DNA of 64,000 bases from Octopus sinensis (taxonomy: Eukaryota): contig NC_042998.1 of assembly GCF_006345805.1 (NCBI RefSeq), positions 160,704,001 to 160,768,000 on the forward strand, in the 5' to 3' direction. Position 1 is the stretch's first letter, and every line of letters starts with the position of its first letter. Below are positions 24,726-36,378 of this stretch, one piece after another. The notes below the pieces were generated by a model. It made no database searches. It saw only the letters and a program-made list of their open reading frames with translations, and was not told the origin of the DNA. Both the position numbers and the translations under genes were made by a program.

Positions 24726-26099
24726 GTGGTAATTTTTCATCACAGTTTTATGCATAAACTTTTGCTTAAAATATGTTTCTTAACATCATCATAATAATAA
24801 TTTTTGGAGAGTGTGTTTGTTTTAAGCTGAAGAACTGGATAGGCAAAATTTACATTCTAGGAGGTTACCTTTGCTTGTCATCATTCTTGCAATAAAATTA
24901 AGAAACAGTCAAGTACTGAATCAATATAAACAATACTCTTTTTCATAAAAATATTATCACAATTTTCATCATCCACACTTCTGTTGATTTCAACATTGTT
25001 CATATCATTGTGGTGAATGGTGGAATTAATAGTGTGTTGGACAGAATGCCATGTGATAATTAGTTAAATTCCTTGATATTCTAGAATTAAATCAACCCAA
25101 GATCAATAAAAATCAAGAAGTGGGGTTAGTAAAGTCAATAATATCTTCATCCCTAATTCGTAGTCTTACCCAGAATGTTAAGAAACCACAATTTTCCACT
25201 ATCAACACTATAATAGCAACCTTGGAAACCACCTGACCACATATCAAACAGTATTTAGTTATACAGCTCTAAATTCTGAATAAATCTTGCCAGAGTTGTT
25301 TTGTCATTTACTCTTTCAGAATCAACAAAGTACAAGATAAGTGCTGGACCTTAGAAACTACCTACATCCCTCCCCAAGAAGTGTCCTAGTTTTGTGTTAA
25401 TGGTAAAAGTCATTCTTATTGGAGCAATGTTGTGTTGCTGGTGCCCGAATGTTTGTTGTCACTTGTCCCACATTCCTGACAATAATATGTCTTTATTATT
25501 GTCATTCTTTCTGATAAATGTAATTAGTCCTCTTTAATTAGTTTCTACCTACCTGATTATTTTGCAAACATTATCAAGGAAACGGTAAGCATAACAAAGA
25601 ACATAATTTCTAGTTTTTTTCCTTGACCTGGTAAGGACCTTTAGTAAGATCCGCTAATTATTTTTCTTTTTTGGAATGGCTTTCAAGGACTTTTTAAGTG
25701 AAGCCATAAATGAGGGTGTTCCAAGAAGAGCTCATCTTAAGTGTCCTAATGTTCTTAAGATTCAGGATTAGATATGCTGAAGTTTTGATTCTCAATGAAA
25801 AATCTGACCACAAGCCACTTAAAATATCCACACTTGGATGAATTATTTTAGATATTAAAAAAATTTAAAGATCTATATGACAAAAACTAAAGTGAAAGTT
25901 AAAAAGGGAACACAAAATTCAAGTGTCAGCTCAGAGATAATCTCTTTGGGTATGAAGAAAATGAGTAGGTAGGGTATCAATATTGAGGTGGATTGAAAAG
26001 AAACTAAAGTTTTACAAGCAGCACTCTTGTAGAGAGATATTTCACATTTGTTTATTATTTTCCATCCAAGTTCACACTACATAAGCTCAGTAAATCTCC

Positions 26100-26850
26100 T
26101 CTATGATTATCCTTCTCCTCTCTACCAGACTCACCACTGCACATATTAAGGGTGAAATACCTCTGGTTGCATCATCACTGGCAATGTTTCTTGCCAAACT
26201 TTTCACTCTCCCTCTCTCAACACTGATCTTTAAAAGCACACAGAAGTGTCTTCTATTCCCAAGAAGGGCAACCCCTCTCACCTTACCAGCTATTGTTCCA
26301 TTGTTTTCATTTCCAAAATCTTAAAAATAATGCTTTGAATCCCATTCCTTTTTAATGGATGTCACTATGGTTCTTTTGCATCACTCCAACTTACAACAAT
26401 TATTCATCTTTTACAAAGCTCAAGTAGGACCAACAATTGTGTGCTTCATCCACATCTGGGACAGCTACTGCTACATGAACATAAACTCTACACTGTATCC
26501 CAAAACTGGTCAGCCAGCAACTGATTAGCATGAAGTTATTCAACTCACTAACACTCTTCTGTCTGTGGCTCACAAATATATTGTCTCCTGTCACTGTCTT
26601 TTCCACCACAACTACAGTATCCTCTGTTCCTTGGGTCTTAGGCTACTTCAGTAATTTTTCCTTCTAAACTGGCTGGCCTCATGCAATGGGACAATAACTG
26701 GTAAGGTAAGAAGGGGTTGCCCTTCTTGTGAATAAGACACACTTTTGTGTGTTTTCAAAGATTTCTCCTCTAAACTGGCTGGCCTCATGCCGCTTCTGAC
26801 TCCTGATTCTGCTGAAAGAACTGATTCTATTTTTGCTGGGAAGAATTAAT
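26100..26850 (+). pseudogene. CR1/Jockey-like LINE RT 3' remnant (rearranged)
   Basis: IFYKAQVGPTIVCFIHIWDS (LYKAQVRP.MEYC.HIW-like) and LTNTLLSVAHKYIVSCHCLFHHNY (LQPLAHRR.VSSL.LFYRYY-like). Confidence 0.7.
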
Positions 26851-26862
26851 CTGTTGCTCACT

Positions 26863-27086
26863 TTAATCCATTAGCATTTAAGCTGGCCATATTCGGCCCA
26901 GATATTCTGTTTTATATTCAAACTAACCAAATGCAGCATCTCACACCTATTGTGCAATGTTATTCTAAAAATAAACAATCAAATCATTGAGATCTTAAAG
27001 CAATGAAATGATGCATGATTAATTCAAAACAATAAGAATAAATAAGCATCACATTTAGCAGAAGAATCTGAATGCTAAAGGGTTAA
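26863..27086. mobile_element. piggyBac-like MITE (TTAA-flanked), family 2
   Basis: TTAATCCATTAGCATTT ... GAATGCTAAAGGGTTAA TIRs. Homologous copy at 56468-56692. Confidence 0.82.
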
Positions 27087-27126
27087 TGATATTTCTTGAT
27101 CTTTGGGGATATTTAACAGAATCCAC

Positions 27127-27233
27127 TCTGTTGTAAGTAGTCAAGTTAGGTCTCTGACTTGAGGACAAGCTTCTTCTTTCTTCCCTCCAGTCTTGCAAAC
27201 TCTCAAAATGGTAACGGACTCTATCCATCTCCT
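27127..27233 (-). CDS. Candidate exon (3' boundary uncertain)
   Basis: AT-rich acceptor ttcttatttgatattcattttattaatggcttAG, then open protein-like (E)EMDRVRYHFESLQDWREERRSLSSSQRPNLTTYNR. Only weak GT donors follow. Confidence 0.3.
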
Positions 27234-29125
27234 CTAAGCCATTAATAAAATGAATATCAAATAAGAAACTATTCAAATCAATATTAGATTTAATTTAGAC
27301 AAATGATAAAAAAGTCAATTTGTACATTAAATGTCCAGGTAAAAAATTCCAGTTCTAGAAATGCTTGTATCATTTTCCTTAATGTGATATCAAATTTGTA
27401 AGTTATTAAGTTAGTTAAAAGGTAAAAGACAAAAACAAAACAATACAAAAAACTCCCCAAAAACCTTCAAAATCACCTGCAAAAGTTTGGTTTCAGTTGA
27501 AGTGAAAAATCTACATTAAACCATACCATATTCTCTAGCAAACAATAATGGTCTACTCAAAAACACAGAAGTCTGTCAAAAGTACCAATTATAGGAGTTG
27601 TCAGTTATTGGTTCATCAACTTTCATGCATGACATCACCAAATTAGGAAATAAGAAAGAGAAATACTGAAAAATACATACACACATACATACATATCTTA
27701 CACACATACGTGTGTGTGTGTTTGCATCCATGTGTGTGTGTATGTGTGTGCAAGCAACTTTTTTGAGGACTCAGATTATAGTCTCAGCTAATGTTTGTAG
27801 TAATGGAAAAATAACAACATACTGTTAAAGGAGAGGACAACATTTGGGGCAAATAAATTAATGGAAAGAACAAAAAGAGAGAAAAAGTGTTTCAACATTC
27901 TCAGACTTTGTCTAGATAGTAAATTTCTGCTCAACATCAAACGGCCAATGAAAGGATCATACTGGAGTGCTGACAGTAAAAGCTTCTGCAATAAAGCCCA
28001 AGTGTCTGTTTTACTACAACAATTGACAAATATTTCTTGACGGGCTGTGAAAGAGACACTTTATTCCCAACAATGTTCTTTTGTTTTATAAAATTCTGCT
28101 TAAAATCTTCCTTTCTATTTCATCTCTCTTGTTCTTTCTTTCTCTCTTTCTCTCATTGTTTCATTCTCTTTCTCTCTCTCTCTCATGGCTCTCCATTTGT
28201 TTTCCATTCAGATTGTCTCAATCTTATCCAACTTCCCCTTCTCTCTCACTTGTTTCCTATTCTCAACCTTCTTTTCTTTACTGAATTACTTTATTTTCCT
28301 ATTCTAGCTTATTTATTATCTTTATTATTCTGTTTGGCTAATTTACAATACATTTTTCTAATTTCTGTTATTATTTCTTTCAACCTCTCTTTCTCTTCCC
28401 TCATAAAATATGAAATAAGTATTTTTGTTCACCACTTCCTACTAAACAGACAGCTAGCTACACAACCTTTTCGATTGTACTCCTCCATGCATCATCAAAA
28501 ATATATCACTGGCTACTGGTTTCAAAGTTAACATGATTATCTAATTGTTATCTTTTTATTCATCACAAGAACCATGAAATGAAACATGGCATCATTTGCT
28601 CTACTTTTGTCAGTGATGGTCGAGGTTGATATAAAAATCATATATATATATATATAATATATTTGAGTGTATGCTTGTATGTATATATGTATGTAATTTG
28701 GATAAAGTAGACTTCATCACAGACATCCCTTCTGCTGATGGTGAATTCACAGAATTCAGTGATATTAAGGGACAAACAGACATATTTATTAAATCATTGT
28801 AATATACACAGACAAGGATACTGAGATATAAAAGACACAGACTTCATCAATATGAAATGTGCCATATTCAAGAGACACTGGATTAGACATAGAAATAAAT
28901 GTAAAATATAACCTACAATAAGTCTTGAAGTAATCAGACAAAAAGGATATTGATTCCTCATATTGGTTCAATGATACAAATTCACATGAGAAAGATATAT
29001 TGAATCTATCTCAATGAGAGCTACTATGTGAACTTTGGCGATGATAAAAATAGTAGCTAAAAATCTCCCTTAAAGTATATCTACTATCTTCAAAAATTCA
29101 CTATTGATAGTATTTTCCAAGTTAC

Positions 29126-29226
29126 ACTATGCTCGAAAATGGCCACAGGCATCAGTGAATGATGAAAGTTTGCTTTGCATTCATGAGGCCTCGGGTCTGA
29201 TTTCACTGTATAACATTGCAAGGCTT
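29126..29226 (-). CDS. Candidate exon (101 nt)
   Basis: Strong pyrimidine tract ttttctattacttcactttcactcAG, one open frame ALQCYTVKSDPRPHECKANFHHSLMPVAIFEHS, donor GTAACT. Confidence 0.25.
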
Positions 29227-29409
29227 CTGAGTGAAAGTGAAGTAATAGAAAATATGTGGAAGCTCATAGAATGGACTATTCTTGTAATTTAAAGAGTTAA
29301 TTTTATCATATACGAAGTGATACTGATGCTATCAGAAGATTCTATTAAGGGTGTACATGTTAGAAATCCTGTTAGAGAACCATTAAAAATTATGAGAAAT
29401 ATTGGTTTA

Positions 29410-29605
29410 AAATTTTGGCACAAGGCCAGCAGTTTTGGGGGAAGCGGGTATGTTGATTACATCGACCCTATTTATTTTATCAACACCAAAAGGATGAAAG
29501 GCAAAGTCAACCTGAGCAGAATTTGAACTGAGAACATAAAGCCAGATGAAACACCACTAACCATTTTGCCCAGCATGCTAATGACTCTGTCAGTTCACCA
29601 CCTTA
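29410..29605 (-). mobile_element. SINE family A
   Basis: GGCACAAGGCCAGCAG..GATTACATCGACCC..AAAGGATGAAAGGCAAAGTCAACC..GAATTTGAACTGAGAAC..CAGCATGCTAATGACTCTG. Confidence 0.85.
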
Positions 29606-30699
29606 AATGTGCCTGAAATATCAATTTCAAATTTCCACAGAAACTCCTCAAAAAGATACCCCTGTCTTATGCAATAAAAGCCTTTCAACTCTGTAGAGAT
29701 CCAAAGAAGGAAATATTAGATTTACCATATGAATATATATAAACAAAGATATTTTTATATATTTGCCTGACATATTAAACCACATTGTGAAGAGGTGTTA
29801 TTTATACTATTATAGATATTATAGACATAGCTGTTTTAAGCAAATTAGAATGTATATTATAGTATCAAGATTATGTTCCCCAGGGCAAAGAAAACTACAT
29901 CAACATATTTTCTCTCCATTTGTTCAAATAAAAGTTATGTGAAACACACCATCTCCTTTTCATCCTATCTTACTTGGTTCAAGTCCAACCCTAATAGAGT
30001 TCCTGATCCAGATCTTTAAACAGTTTGAAGTCAAAAAGCAAGAGGTAAAACACAAAGTGGAATGAAAAGAATCACTCTGAAATATCAAAGATATGTATTT
30101 GTAGTTATGGTTATAGTGCTGCAAAGGATTGCTATTTAATCATTTAGTTTGTTGATAGTTTTTAAATATATTTAGCAACAACCTTCATTATGTATTAATA
30201 AAATGTTACTCCATTACTTTCATCAGTTCATATGAAAAATCTAAAACTAAAAACAATAAAGAACCTTTGCTAGCATTTGCTTTTAAGATCTTACTTCAAG
30301 CTGCTTTACTTGGATTTTATTAATAAAACAGCAAGTGGTAAGATTTGAAGATGGGCTAAATTTTTTTCATCATATCTTTTGATAAAACAGAATATTCAAT
30401 AGTTGTGAAACTGAGAATATGATGGTTAAAACTTTTAGAGATAACATTGAAAACTTTGAATATGTCTCCCACTACACTATTTGGTTATTTTCAATATCTT
30501 TGGAGGCAATCTTACAAACATGGGTCTTTATGAGCCAAAATATTAGTTGTCCTTAGTAGGTCACTCATTATTCAGTTATTGACATAATATGTCCAGAACA
30601 CATGCAAGATTCAATAATGGGATAAGTTGAAAATAATTTGTTCTTGTTCTTTTTTTATTTCCAGTACAATAATAGTTTTCAGGCAATGTACCCGTGATT

Positions 30700-31300
30700 T
30701 TCTTTCATAGTTTTGGTCTGGAGGAAGGGGTTGTGTGCATGGTCATCATAAGCTCTCTAAAACAACTGAGATTGAAGCTGTTAGCAAGCCCCTTGTAAAA
30801 ACTAAGTGAAGGCTGTAGGAAAAATGTACAGGTGACATTTCAAGGAGTGGACATTTTGGGGAAGAAGCTCTTAGAGTAGGTCCAGGGAAAGTGCAAGAAA
30901 AAAGGAAAGATACTGATTTGGGAGTGTGAGACTGATAGTAGCACAAGAGCAGACAGGCTATTGTAGCATTTTCTACTGATAGCAGAAAAGACAGAGAGAT
31001 GTGACAGTATGTCTAGGTGCCAGAGCTTGGAGTGTGAGACTTTAGGCCAATCAGTCAAGTGGATTGTTTTATTGATATGTAAAGATATTGTTTCTTTGAA
31101 GTACTGAAGGGGACAAAATTAGCATGACCTCATTAGAGTAGGTTTATGAGACATTGTGAGAGGTGTACAAGGCGGGTAATGTTTGGGTGCAGAATATAAG
31201 TGAGGAGTGAAGATTAGTATTTCTGTATTAGAGGAAGTGATGGAGTGATGAGAAGCTGGTTGTTGATGCAGAGGAAGAAGAAGGTGGGGAAACAAAACCA
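30700..31300 (-). pseudogene. CR1-like LINE RT/3' remnant
   Basis: FVSPTFFFLCINN (SVLSPTLFL.FIND-like), TLQALAPRHTVTSLCLF, and a SKSFFPKMS..L segment like SSFFPRTS.LWN. Confidence 0.65.
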
Positions 31301-31544
31301 AAAACTGAGGTACTCTAAAGTCATGTACTGCAAAAGTGCATAAGATTTTTCACCCAAGATTTGTGAGTAGTTCATGTATATTATTAACTTAGAAAGCTAC
31401 AGTCATCTTCCAGTTTACAATATTGAATATGTGGCTGTTGTCATGAAATATATAAAAACAGAGTAAATAACTGTGAAATGTCTGCACAAACATTGAAAAT
31501 CAGAACATGATTTGTATAAAAGGGAATATATATAATGGTTTATA

Positions 31545-31930
31545 TTGGTCGGGTCACTCTTGCATGTGTCCTTAAATCTCAGATTTGGTTGTCCTCTAGA
31601 TTTGCTACCCCGAGTCAACTCACCATATAACAGTTGACCAAGTGCCACATCAATGTAAAGACTTGGGAAAAGTTAGCTGAGGACAGAACAGCATGGAAAA
31701 CCTCAGTGAGCAAAGGAGTCAAACAGCTTGAGGAAGAGAAGATCCTGGCCTTCAAAGTAAAATTCCAAAGAAAGAAAGACAACCCATTGCAGCACCTTCC
31801 TTGCTTGCAGATTTTGTAGAAGAACTTGCTCATCAAACATAGGAAGGATCAGCCATGAGAGAAGCTGCAGGAAGAAGACTATGAGCACTTAAGACATTCT
31901 CTTCAGCTTAGACCATCTGTCAAGACATAA
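31545..31930 (+). mobile_element. 5'-truncated RTE LINE with inverted 5' segment
   Basis: Minus 31545-31636 encodes QLLYGELTRGSKSRGQPNLRFKDTCKSD. Plus 31634 onward encodes the directly following LTKCHINVKTWEKLAEDRTAWKTSVSKGV and a frameshifted CRFCRRTCSSNIGRISHERSC zinc motif. Confidence 0.85.
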
Positions 31931-33202
31931 AGAGCTCAATACACACACACACACACATATAATGTTTTCCAATTGGTTTTCTAATGATGGTATTGAGCAG
32001 CTGATCAAAAGAATATAAAAAAGCTAAAACTAACGTTTTGTATGAAATAGATTAAATTTCTCTAAATTGACTTCTTTTGACTAGATACAAGGCCAAAATT
32101 TATAAGAGAGGTACTGTCACTTAAATTGTTCTAGAATAGTAAAACGATTGTTATTTAATTGAGCATGCTAATTTGAACTTGGAATAAATGGAGTTGAAAC
32201 TTAATATTGCTATACATTTAATCCAATACCAAAGATATATACACACACAACCCCCCCCCAAAAAAAAAAAATAACCCCAACAAAGCTTGGAATATTCAAA
32301 TTGTTTTATCATTAACTTTTGTTAATGACATAGAAAACATATTCATTAAAGTACTAATCCTAATTTGAAAACGAAGTTTATTAATTTATTTATACAAGCA
32401 CTTTATCATGTTTATAAAATCATTTGGCAATGTTAAATAAACATGAGCATTGACCATAATTAGCTTTAAATGTTGTATAGTTTTCTTTTGACATCCTAGT
32501 TATTTGAAATATATAAATTGCAAACATCTGGTTTCTTAATCCATGTTTTATTCATATTTACTGAATACTGGATGCAAATTGTTGTCTTACTGTTTCTTTA
32601 CTTTAATTAGCATGTACCATAATATTTCTTAATCTTTGAACATTGAACCATGTCATAAACTTTCATATGATTTTAATATACTGCAATTTCATGCATCATT
32701 TAGAAGTAGAAATATTTAGTGAATGAGACCTAAAGAGCAGAAAGAGCTTCAAGAGAACTTCACCTCTCCTTTGTTGAAATACTGTTTTGGTCCATCACTT
32801 CCTGTAATTACAAAGTGATCAAATTCATCTAAGCTGATTCCTGATACTAACAAGATTTCTTAACAACACTAAATGTTCATATCGTGCTGAGATCAACTAT
32901 GTTTTCCGTCCTTCAAAGATTGATAAAGGACAGTAACAGTGAAGTACTGGGCCAATTAATGTCCTTGTAATGTAGACTAGATTTGAATGGAATCCTAATA
33001 AAAAACAAAAATTTACGAATCATTAAATATTTTATATTGTAAAATCTCAAAAAATTCTTGTTAGTAACACTTTGTGATTCAGCAAATTTGATCAGTCTGT
33101 CATTGAAGTTGTTTTTAAGGTAATATTATTTTTAAAATACATCAAGAATAAAAAGAAAGGTTATGAGATATTAAAAACATATCAATATGAGGTTTGATAT
33201 TA

Positions 33203-33387
33203 GGTGGTGAGCTAGCAGAATCATTTGCATGCTGTCTTAATGTTCTGAGTTCAAATTCCACTGAGGTTGACTTTGCCTTTCATCCTTGTGGGGTCGATAA
33301 GATAAGAAGCAGTTGAACACTAGGGTCAATGTAATTGACTTACTCCATCCCCTGAAATTGCAGGCCTTGTACCAAAATTTGAAATTG
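33203..33387 (+). mobile_element. SINE family A
   Basis: GGTGGTGAGCTAGCAGAATC..GTTCTGAGTTCAAATTCCACTGAGGTTGACTTTGCCTTTCATCCTTGTGGGGTCGATAAG..CTGAAATTGCAGGCCTTGTACCAAAATTTGAAA. Confidence 0.88.
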
Positions 33388-34669
33388 ATATGAGTTTTTA
33401 TGCTAAAGACATAATATCAATGTTAAAATCTTAATGATATAGCAATGCCACATCTGTTTGAAAAGTGACACTGTAACGGTAAACGTGGGTGATCTATTCA
33501 CTTCCAATTGTCACAATTGTACTAGCATTCTATTTCATTTGACTTTATGTGAATCATACTTTTTTTAAAGAAAATATGAACAAACTTGGAATATCTGTGT
33601 AGAAAATATTATTGGAGAATAGAATACAACTGAATGGTGTTCATGCCTTCCTCAAATGGTGAAATAAATTGCTATAAATAGTATGTTGAATTAAACCAGA
33701 TGAGCAAATATCTATCTATTTTACCTATGAAATGATCTGACCATTTATTCATTTTTGTTTTGTCTTGGAATAGAAAGACAGAAAGGTTAATCCATTTGAC
33801 TTACAATATAAACTACAATCTTATTAAAGAAGTACATTAGGATGAAAAAGCCAGAATTTTCTGGAAAGTATCTTATACTTAACAGTTACCTCTTTGTATT
33901 TAAAATACAATGCATTAGTTTTACAACAAGAAAAGAATTTTGAGATTAAGCAGAGAATTCCCTAAACACCATGTTGCATTTTTTTATGATAAAACATATA
34001 TTAATTTTATTATACTTTGCAATCATGTATTTGACATACAATATGGTTAGATATTGGCTATTATTAGCACCTCTATTAATAGAGTGACATGTATTTGTAA
34101 TGTAAATATTTTATATATTTTCATAAATAAACTAGTTTAACCTTCCCTAACCTATCATTATGCTAGGTTAAGTTGGGTTAGATAAAGCCAGATTAGTTTA
34201 TTTATGAAAATATACAGAAAATATGTTCTTCATAATATCTAGCCACAGACATTTTTTTGCTAAAGCCTATTATCTTATTTTTTTTTTTACTAAATTAAAG
34301 AATATTTTTCCTGTTAATATAGTTAAGGATTTATTTTTTTATTAAATTCAAAGTAAAAAAAATCATCTACTTCACCTTTATTCAAAAGCAACTAAAAAAT
34401 TTGTTTGATAATTTCATATGGTATTGATGCTATTTTCTGTAATTTATAGTTCAACTGAGTTGTAAAATTTAAACAAAGAAAAAGTAATGAACACTGCTTT
34501 GAGTTTTTATTGGAATTAGAAAGTAAGCTGTTAAAAACAAATGATACTGAAAGTGAAACTACATATAAAATATGTGAAATATTTTGATTGAAATAATATT
34601 CTTTCCCACACTAGATCTAAGTTTACAAAAATCAACATAAATTGCTTAATGAAGAAAAATATGATGACT

Positions 34670-34827
34670 AGTAAGAGTAGCTGTATGGTAATAAACTTGC
34701 TTCTCAACCACATGGTTCTATGTTCAATCCTGCTGTGTGGCACCTTGGGCAAGTGTCTTCTACTATAGCCTCAGGTCAAGCAAAGCCTTGAGTGGATTTG
34801 GTACACAGAAACTGAAAGAAGTCCATC

Positions 34828-34830
<3 letters not shown>
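34670..34830 (+). mobile_element. SINE family B, 5' half
   Basis: TAGCTGTATGGTAATAAACTTGCTTCTCAACCACATGG..GGCACCTTGGGCAAGTGTCTTCTACTATAGCC, ending in a TA run. Confidence 0.85.
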
Positions 34831-34867
<37 letters not shown>

Positions 34868-35039
34868 TAGAAGAAAGGGATATCTGACCTTGAGATAAAC
34901 ATCAAACTCTTGAGTGTGCATAGGGCATGAGTTGAAAGAGAAAATGGGTACACTACAACTCAATGCTTAATGCTAATTGGCAGGAATAACTGATACAGGA
35001 TTAACCATAAGAGGCCTACATCAGAAAATCTGTATCATG

Positions 35040-35545
35040 TTTTGATTGATAAAGTCTTTATCAATCAGTCTTTGCACAACTAACTTCACATTTTATTGAC
35101 CTTAAGTGTCTGACTCATAATTTTGATATTTTTGTGGAAATATCCCCCATTGTCTGAAAATGATCTAGAAGAATAAGCGACAGTGTGAACACACCAATAT
35201 TCCTACTGACCTCCATGCTACAAAGTTTTAATGCCAGCATATGAAACAAATTTGGAAAACAAGAACTTAAAACTTTTAGAATTCTTAAATTTATTTACTT
35301 GGTAAATTTATAAACTTAATGAAATATTTTCAACTGTTTACATTAGTTTGAAAATATTGTTGACAATATCGGCTGTAACAACATTAGCAGAAACAAACTT
35401 AAACATATCAAAAACTATTTAAGGTCTACCATCTCTCAAACTTGACTTGTTGATTTAACAAGATTGAGCATCGCCAGAGAAATTGATTTTGATAATATTA
35501 TTAGAAATTTTACAGATAAAAAAAGTCAGAAAAGCTCATTTCATT
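35040..35545 (+). pseudogene. hAT transposase C-terminal (dimerisation domain) fossil
   Basis: EIFSTVYISLKILLTI..KHIKNYLRSTISQT*LVDLTRLSI..IDFDNIIRNFTDKKVRK matches the FP...ALRILLT..KLIKNYLRSTMSQERL..L..LSI..FA.KK.RK pattern. Confidence 0.82.
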
Positions 35546-35999
35546 AGCTGATTAGGCTTATCACTGCTTTGTATAAAGTATATTGTTATCTAGTCAGTCT
35601 GGTGCACAGGGAATAAAGCATTTACAAAAGTTTACCAGTGGTCATATTCAGATAGTCTGAGATTAGCCATCATGTTCAATTATGCTTTCATAATCATACA
35701 TCAAAAGCCGTCTACTTTGTTCACATTTTATCAGAATCATATTTTTCTACATAGATTGAAAAACTACAACTTTAATATTATATGTTATACCATTATAACA
35801 GGCACAAACATGTGGGTAAGAAATTCATTTCACAATCACATGGTTTTTGGATTCAATACACATGCACACACAATGGATTTATTTGGTTAGACTTGATCTA
35901 TAATAGATGCCATGCAGTGGAACTGAACACAAAACCACATGGTTAGCAAGTGAACTTATTAACTATACAACTGTATCTGTACCTTAAAGGTTTTTCATT

Positions 36000-36082
36000 G
36001 CAGTACCCAGGTTTCCTAAGAGGTCAATCATCCAAGTTCTAACTTAGCTTGCTAGTGCTTAAATTTCATGACTAGACAAGAA
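36000..36082 (-). pseudogene. 5S rRNA-derived fragment (pseudogene or SINE3-type head)
   Basis: Minus strand TCTTGTCTAGTCATGAAATTTAAGCACTAGCAAGCTAAGTTAGAACTTGGATGATTGACCTCTTAGGAA is collinear with metazoan 5S (recalled sequence), keeping TAAGCA (box A) and GTTAG.ACTTGGATG (IE/box C). Roughly 60% identity by hand. Confidence 0.55.
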
Positions 36083-36326
36083 CTGCAGGTGGGAAGAAAA
36101 AGGTCAGGTTTATTTATCCAGGAAATGACTCAGATGGGAAGATTCATAAATGATATGCATTCCCAATGACAGTTAAAAGGGAGAGGTGTTGAATTCTTAC
36201 TTTGGGAGATTGTTGGGCAAAAGGCATGATCAGATACAAAAAAAAACAATCCCAAAGGATTCGATAAGCTGACTATTTACATTAGTTTATGTGTGTGTGT
36301 ATATATATATGCACACACACACACAC

Positions 36327-36376
<50 letters not shown>

Positions 36377-36378
36377 CA

